From the NCBI RefSeq assembly GCF_000284455.1, contig NC_017039.1:330001-362000 (forward strand): a DNA stretch of 32,000 nt, given 5' to 3'. Below are positions 27,748 to 32,000 of this stretch, in pieces. Each line of letters opens with the position of its first letter. Position 1 is the first letter of the stretch. The DNA comes from Synechocystis sp. PCC 6803 substr. PCC-P (GTDB taxonomy: Bacteria > Cyanobacteriota > Cyanobacteriia > Cyanobacteriales > Microcystaceae). Made by a program: the position numbers and the translations under genes. The notes below the pieces were generated by a model. It was not told where the DNA came from and made no database searches. It saw only the letters and a list, made by a program, of their open reading frames with translations.

Positions 27748-28608
27748 ATGTCTGCCATAACTGCCCAAGAGTTAGAAGCTCAAATGCCCGATGCTAGTCA
27801 ATTATTGAGCGATGAACCAGAAATGGAAAGTTCTTTGCACTATATGCAGTTACTACTGTTAGTTACCTGCTTAGAATTGGCCTGGCAAGACCGAAACGAT
27901 TTTTTTATTGGTGCAAATTTGACTATCTATTTTAGCCGTCAGCAATTAAAGAGTCATGACTTTCGTGGTCCTGACTTTTTCTTGGTTAAAAATACTGCCA
28001 GAAAACCTCGAAAATCTTGGGTGGTTTGGGAGGAAGATGGTCGCTATCCTGATTTGATTATTGAGCTTTTATCGGATTCGACTGCAGACACTGATCGCCA
28101 TTTGAAACGAGATTTATACGCAGAAAGATTTCATACACCAGAATATTTTTATTTTTCTCCGGATACCCTGGAGTTGGCGGGCTTTAGGCTAGATGGTGAC
28201 AAGTATCAACCTATTATACCCAATGATCAGGGTTGGCTTTGGAGTAAGGTGCTGGGTTTTTTCTTGGGAATAGAGGGGCAAGAATTGCGCTATTTCACCC
28301 TAGAGGGCGCTGTTCTCCCCACCCCCCAAGAAGCGGTAAGAATAGAAGTGGACAAGGGGATGGCCATGGTTGAACAGGAAAGACTCAAGGCAATTCAAGC
28401 TGAGCAGGATGCTGAACAGGAAAGACTCAAGGCAACTCAAGCTCAACAGGATGCTGAACAGGAAAGACTCAAGGCAATTCAAGCTCAACAGGATGCTGAA
28501 CAGGAAAGACTCAAGGCAATTCAAGCTCAACAGGATGCTGAACAGGCTAAGGCTGAACTACAAAAATTACAAGATAAAGTTAGATCCCTTGGTATTTCTA
28601 TAGATTAA
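27748..28608 (+). CDS. Uma2-family putative endonuclease with expanded repetitive coiled-coil tail (ORF opens at 27685; ATG at 27748 matches paralog start)
   Basis: MSAITAQELEAQMPDASQLLSDEPEMESSLHYMQLLLLV... is near-collinear with the 18701 gene. C-terminus has 4 x QERLKAIQAxQDAE. Confidence 0.92.
   Translation: MSAITAQELEAQMPDASQLLSDEPEMESSLHYMQLLLLVTCLELAWQDRNDFFIGANLTIYFSRQQLKSHDFRGPDFFLVKNTARKPRKSWVVWEEDGRYPDLIIELLSDSTADTDRHLKRDLYAERFHTPEYFYFSPDTLELAGFRLDGDKYQPIIPNDQGWLWSKVLGFFLGIEGQELRYFTLEGAVLPTPQEAVRIEVDKGMAMVEQERLKAIQAEQDAEQERLKATQAQQDAEQERLKAIQAQQDAEQERLKAIQAQQDAEQAKAELQKLQDKVRSLGISID
28375..28542 (+). repeat. Four in-frame tandem copies of a 42-nt (14-aa) repeat inside the Uma2 gene
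   Basis: Consensus CAGGAAAGACTCAAGGCAATTCAAGCTCAACAGGATGCTGAA. Protein: QERLKAIQAEQDAE / QERLKATQAQQDAE / QERLKAIQAQQDAE / QERLKAIQAQQDAE. Confidence 0.96.
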
Positions 28609-28615
28609 TTAGTTT

Positions 28616-28663
28616 ATGTCTAAATTCCGCGTTTACTACACTAATCCCTCGATCACCAAACTT
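28616..28663 (+). pseudogene. Decayed duplicate (copy A) of the 5' end of the DegT aminotransferase gene at 30030
   Basis: ATGTCTAAATTCCGCGTTTACTACACTAATCCCTCGATCACCAAACTT then TAA = MSKFRVYYTNPSITKL*; compare MAKSRIYYTKPSITELE at 30030. About 38/48 nt identical by hand. Confidence 0.8.
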
Positions 28664-28759
28664 TAAAGTGGAGAACTCCACCGCTGAGGCCAGCTATGAA
28701 GAAAAGATGCTAAAAGGTCACTTAGTTCTTAATTTACTTAACGGGGAAAATAAACTGCT

Positions 28760-29350
28760 ATGGTTTTTACATTAGAAAAGTCTCAATCAGCGGCTAATCA
28801 CTTAGTTTTACCAGGTGTTTCTTGGGAAAAGTTTGAGGAAATTGAAGCTACTTTTGAAGGTATTGAAGGAGTTCGTTTTATTTATTTAGATGGAGAGCTG
28901 GAAATTGTTATGAGTCCAAGCAAGGCCCATGAAAAAGCAAAAAGTACTATTGGGCTTTTGCTGGAAGCCTATATGAGGGCAAAGAAAATCAGGTTTTATA
29001 CGATGGGTAGTTTAACTTTAGGTACGAAAGAAGTTACGGGACGAAAGGAGCCAGATGAGTCCTATAATATTCACATAGTAAAGGACATTCCCGATTTAGT
29101 TATTGAGGTAATTGTCACTAGCGGGAGTATTAATATTTTGGAAATATACCGCCGCATTGGTGTTCCCGAAGTTTGGTTTTATCAGGATTCTGCATTGACC
29201 GTTTACACGCTTAAAGAGGGACAATATTTGAAGGTTGATAACAGTCAATTATTGCCAGAATTAAATCTAGAAATATTCGTAAAATATGTTAGTCACCCGG
29301 ATCAATATGATGCGGTAACTGAATTTATTGATGAGTTAACCTGTCTATAA
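28760..29350 (+). CDS. Uma2-family putative endonuclease
   Basis: 196 aa. VSWEKFEEIEATFEGIEGVRFIYLDGELEIVMSPSKAHEKAKSTIGLLLEAYM...EPDESYNIHIVKDIPDLVIEVIVTSGSINILEIYRRIGVPEVWFYQDSALTVYTL. Confidence 0.93.
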   Translation: MVFTLEKSQSAANHLVLPGVSWEKFEEIEATFEGIEGVRFIYLDGELEIVMSPSKAHEKAKSTIGLLLEAYMRAKKIRFYTMGSLTLGTKEVTGRKEPDESYNIHIVKDIPDLVIEVIVTSGSINILEIYRRIGVPEVWFYQDSALTVYTLKEGQYLKVDNSQLLPELNLEIFVKYVSHPDQYDAVTEFIDELTCL

Positions 29351-29358
29351 TCGTTTTT

Positions 29359-29395
29359 ATTGCTAAATCCCGCATTTACTACACCAAGCCGTTGA
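29359..29395 (+). pseudogene. Second decayed duplicate (copy B) of the DegT aminotransferase 5' end, start codon ATG changed to ATT
   Basis: ATTGCTAAATCCCGCATTTACTACACCAAGCC is 30/32 identical to 30030 ATGGCTAAATCCCGCATTTACTACACTAAGCC. Confidence 0.82.
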
Positions 29396-29405
29396 TCGCC
29401 ATACA

Positions 29406-29663
29406 ATGCCCATTATTAGTCGTTTTTTAGGAATCACAATCTGCATGTACTAGAATGATCGTTCGCCTCCCCACTACCATGCAAGATACGGTGAATATGA
29501 AATCATTGTCGAAATCGAAACAGGTGTAGTGAATGGGTCATTTCCAAAACGAGCATTACGTCATGTTTTAGAATGGCATGATTTACATCAACCCGAGTTA
29601 ATAGCCAATTGGCAACTTTGTCGCCAACAAGAAGATCTAAAATTCATTCTTCCTTTGGAGTAA
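29406..29663 (+). pseudogene. DUF4160-like gene interrupted by a single in-frame TAG at codon 16 (29451-29453)
   Basis: MPIISRFLGITICMY*NDRSPPHYHARYGEYEIIVEIETGVVNGSFPKRALRHVLEWHDLHQPELIANWQLCRQQEDLKFILPLE, one frame, terminating just before the next gene's ATG. Absent from the ORF track because of the stop. Confidence 0.82.
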
Positions 29664-29667
29664 AGTT

Positions 29668-29973
29668 ATGTTTTTACATGTTGTTTCTGCTTCTTACATG
29701 GATAACTACAAAATTAAGCTTCAATTTAATGATCATCGTACTGGAATTGTCGATCTAGTCGATAGTTTAAACGGCAAGATGTTTAGTCCATTGCAAGATC
29801 TGGTTTTGTTTCAACAATTTGGAGTTGATGCAGAATTGGGAACAGTTTGTTGGTCAAATGGTGCTGACTTTGCGCCTGAATATCTGTATTTTCTCGCATT
29901 TCGTGATCTTCCTGAATTGAAGGAACAGTTTGAAAAATGGGGGTATTTGCGAGCTAAAGTTGCCGTTAGTTGA
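29668..29973 (+). CDS. DUF2442-family protein
   Basis: 101 aa. MFLHVVSASYMDNYKIKLQFNDHRTGIVDLVDSLNGKMFSPLQDLVLFQQFGVDAELGTVCWSNGADFAPEYLYFLAF matches the DUF2442 pattern. Confidence 0.88.
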   Translation: MFLHVVSASYMDNYKIKLQFNDHRTGIVDLVDSLNGKMFSPLQDLVLFQQFGVDAELGTVCWSNGADFAPEYLYFLAFRDLPELKEQFEKWGYLRAKVAVS

Positions 29974-30029
29974 TTCTACCTCTGAAATAAATAACCCTGA
30001 TATGTGGAGTTCAAATTAAGACTGATTTT

Positions 30030-31166
30030 ATGGCTAAATCCCGCATTTACTACACTAAGCCCTCAATAACTGAGCTGGAAGTCGAGTATGCTACTGATGC
30101 CGCTCGCAATGGCTGGGGCGATCGCTGTTATGAATATATTGTGCGTTTTGAAGAAGTATTTAAAAAATATTTAGGGGTCGAATATAGCATTGCAACTTCT
30201 AGCTGTACGGGGGCTTTGCACATGGGGATGGCGGCTCTGGGGATTGGCCCTGGTGATGAGGTGATTTTAGCGGATACGAATTGGATTGCTACGGTGGCTC
30301 CCATTGTCCATCTGGGGGCCAAGCCGGTATTTGTGGATATTTTGCCAGATAGTTGGTGTATTGATCCCGTTTTGGCGGAGCAAGCGATTACGCCACGGAC
30401 GAAGGCGATTGTGGCGACTCATATTTACGGCAATCTCTGTGATATGGAGGCTTTATTGGCGATCGAGCAACGCCATGGCATTCCGATTATTGAGGATGCG
30501 GCAGAGGCGATCGGCTCGGTTTACCATGGCAAGCGGGCTGGCTCGATGGGTAAGTTTGGCAGTTTTTCTTTCCACGGTACGAAGACGTTGACAACTGGGG
30601 AAGGGGGGATGTTCGTGACCAATGATCCTGATTTATACGAGACGGTGTTAACGCTCTCGAATCATGGCCGGGCTAGGGGGCAAACGAAGCAGTTTTGGGC
30701 GGATATGGTGGGCTTTAAATATAAGATGTCCAATATCCAAGCGGCGATCGGCTGTGCTCAAATGGAGCGCATTGAAGAGTTGGTTAGCCGTAAACGGGAA
30801 ATCCTTAGTTACTATAAAGAAAATTTGGAGTCTTTACCGGGGATAACAATGAATCCTGAGCCAAAGGGTATGGTTAATGGTGGATGGATGCCAACGGCGG
30901 TATTTAGCCCTGAATCTGGTATTACTCGGGAAAAGTTACAAGTCCTTTTTAAGGAGGCGAATGTGGATGCCCGTGTTTTCTTTTGGCCGTTATCGAGTTT
31001 ATCGATGTTTGATGATAAGCCCACAAATAAGTTGGCATGGGATATTCCAACAAGGGCAATAAATTTGCCTAGTTATCATGATTTGAGTGGCAAGGATATT
31101 AAACAGGTTATTGATTCTATGACAGACAATCTTTATCCGAAAAACGCAAATAGATCAAAAAAATGA
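30030..31166 (+). CDS. DegT/DnrJ/EryC1/StrS (perosamine synthetase-like) PLP-dependent sugar aminotransferase
   Basis: 378 aa. SSCTGALHMGMAALGIGPGDEVILADTNWIATVAPIVHLGAKPVFVDI...IPIIEDAAEAIGSVYHGKRAGSMGKFGSFSFHGTKTLTTGEGGMFVTND, with PLP-binding Lys in HGTKT. Confidence 0.96.
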   Translation: MAKSRIYYTKPSITELEVEYATDAARNGWGDRCYEYIVRFEEVFKKYLGVEYSIATSSCTGALHMGMAALGIGPGDEVILADTNWIATVAPIVHLGAKPVFVDILPDSWCIDPVLAEQAITPRTKAIVATHIYGNLCDMEALLAIEQRHGIPIIEDAAEAIGSVYHGKRAGSMGKFGSFSFHGTKTLTTGEGGMFVTNDPDLYETVLTLSNHGRARGQTKQFWADMVGFKYKMSNIQAAIGCAQMERIEELVSRKREILSYYKENLESLPGITMNPEPKGMVNGGWMPTAVFSPESGITREKLQVLFKEANVDARVFFWPLSSLSMFDDKPTNKLAWDIPTRAINLPSYHDLSGKDIKQVIDSMTDNLYPKNANRSKK

Positions 31167-32000
31167 ATCAACGAATCAAAGTAATGATTGCTGGGATTGG
31201 AGGGGCTTCTCTTGGCACAGAAATTTGTAAGTCCCTCAAACTGGCTAAAATATACGACGTATTTGGATGTGATATTTCTGCTACTGCCTATGGTATGTAT
31301 GAAAATGACTTTTTGAATACCTATCAAGTCTCATCTAGTAACTATGCGAGAAATGTTCTGGATGTTTGTGTTGATGCGGGCGTAAAATGGCTAATCCCAG
31401 GTGGCGAAGAGCCAATGAAACTGTTAGGTCAAGAAACAAAAATGTTTGCTGCGGCAAATATTCATGTGGTAGCAAATTCACCTAGTTTAATATCTATTTG
31501 CTCCAATAAAAAGCGTACTTTTAATAAATTAACTGAGTTAGAAATATCAATTCCTAAAACTATTGCGCTACAAAGTAAATCAGATTTAGACTACATCGGA
31601 TTGCCCTGTATTGTTAAGCCTTCAACGGGAACAGGGGGTAGTGTTTCTGTCTTTTTTGCTGTTAGTTTTGAAGAGGCTATGGTTTATGCTGAGTTTATTA
31701 AACGTAATGGAAGCGAGCCTATCGCTCAAGAATATATTGATATTAACGAGGGCGAATTTACGATTGGTGTTTTGTCTCTTCCCAACCAAAATGTTGTCGG
31801 TTCGATTGCTCTAAAGCGAGAATTGAGCGCCAAATTATCCGTTGCATACCGAGGCCGTGGTGGTATTATTTCTAGTGGCTACTCCCAAGGGTACATTGGT
31901 GAATATCCAGAATTGTGTAAGCAAGCGGAAGATATAGCTAAAGCACTCAATAGTGCTGGCCCTATTAATATCCAAGCAAGAGTCAGGAATGGAAAACTTA
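31163..32000 (+). CDS. ATP-grasp domain protein (carbamoyl-phosphate synthase large subunit-like), 3' end cut by window
   Basis: ATG at 31163 overlaps the DegT stop (ATGA). Translation MNQRIKVMIAGIGGASLGTEICKSLKLAKIYDVFGCDISATAYGMY...VKWLIPGGEEPMKLLGQETKMFAAANIHVV...SICSNKKRTFNKLTELEISIPKT...GLPCIVKPSTGTGGSVSVFFAVSFEEAMVYAEFI...PIAQEYIDINEGEFTIGVLSLPNQNVVGSIALKRELS. Confidence 0.9.
   Translation, partial: MNQRIKVMIAGIGGASLGTEICKSLKLAKIYDVFGCDISATAYGMYENDFLNTYQVSSSNYARNVLDVCVDAGVKWLIPGGEEPMKLLGQETKMFAAANIHVVANSPSLISICSNKKRTFNKLTELEISIPKTIALQSKSDLDYIGLPCIVKPSTGTGGSVSVFFAVSFEEAMVYAEFIKRNGSEPIAQEYIDINEGEFTIGVLSLPNQNVVGSIALKRELSAKLSVAYRGRGGIISSGYSQGYIGEYPELCKQAEDIAKALNSAGPINIQARVRNGKL

Noticed and set aside
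28375-28542. Could the tandem units be a CRISPR array?
   Set aside because: Units are contiguous 42-nt coding repeats with no unique spacers and keep the reading frame.
28300-28603. ORFs 28300-28530(-) and 28370-28603(+) with very regular repeats
   Set aside because: Alternative-frame readings of the 42-nt tandem repeat inside the Uma2 gene. Periodicity explains their openness.

Overview
The window looks like cyanobacterial chromosome and closely matches my recollection of the Synechocystis sp. PCC 6803 gene order. I ran no database search, so the organism assignment is recall, not proof. The left part (about 1-15.5 kb) is ordinary core content: a UbiD-family decarboxylase (partial), fused CbiG-CobJ/CbiH, a DUF4335-like Pro-rich protein, DAHP synthase, a PAM68-like protein, rpsO, a YraQ/ArsP-type permease, a TPR protein, apcD, metK, dusA, a Uma2 gene, infC, a YaaW-like protein, a DUF2227-like protein and tRNA-Val(UAC). 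The right part (about 15.5-32 kb) is a surface-polysaccharide region: a Wzc/BY-kinase-like protein, ABC exporter permease and ATPase, rfbF, rfbG, rfbC-like, a C-methyltransferase, a DegT aminotransferase and an ATP-grasp protein. It is interspersed with accessory small-gene modules: five Uma2-family genes in the whole window, two in tandem behind DUF29 genes, plus a DUF4160/DUF2442 pair. The most unusual observations are: (i) decayed extra copies of the 5' end of the DegT aminotransferase gene at about 28616 and 29359, each in front of an intervening accessory gene or gene pair; (ii) a DUF4160 frame interrupted by a single in-frame TAG; (iii) a 42-nt coiled-coil repeat expansion (4 copies) in one of two close Uma2 paralogs; (iv) recurrent DUF29-Uma2 pairs, one of which, with a small coiled-coil gene, separates the ABC permease and ATPase. 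No CRISPR array, complete transposase, phage or clear defence operon was seen.
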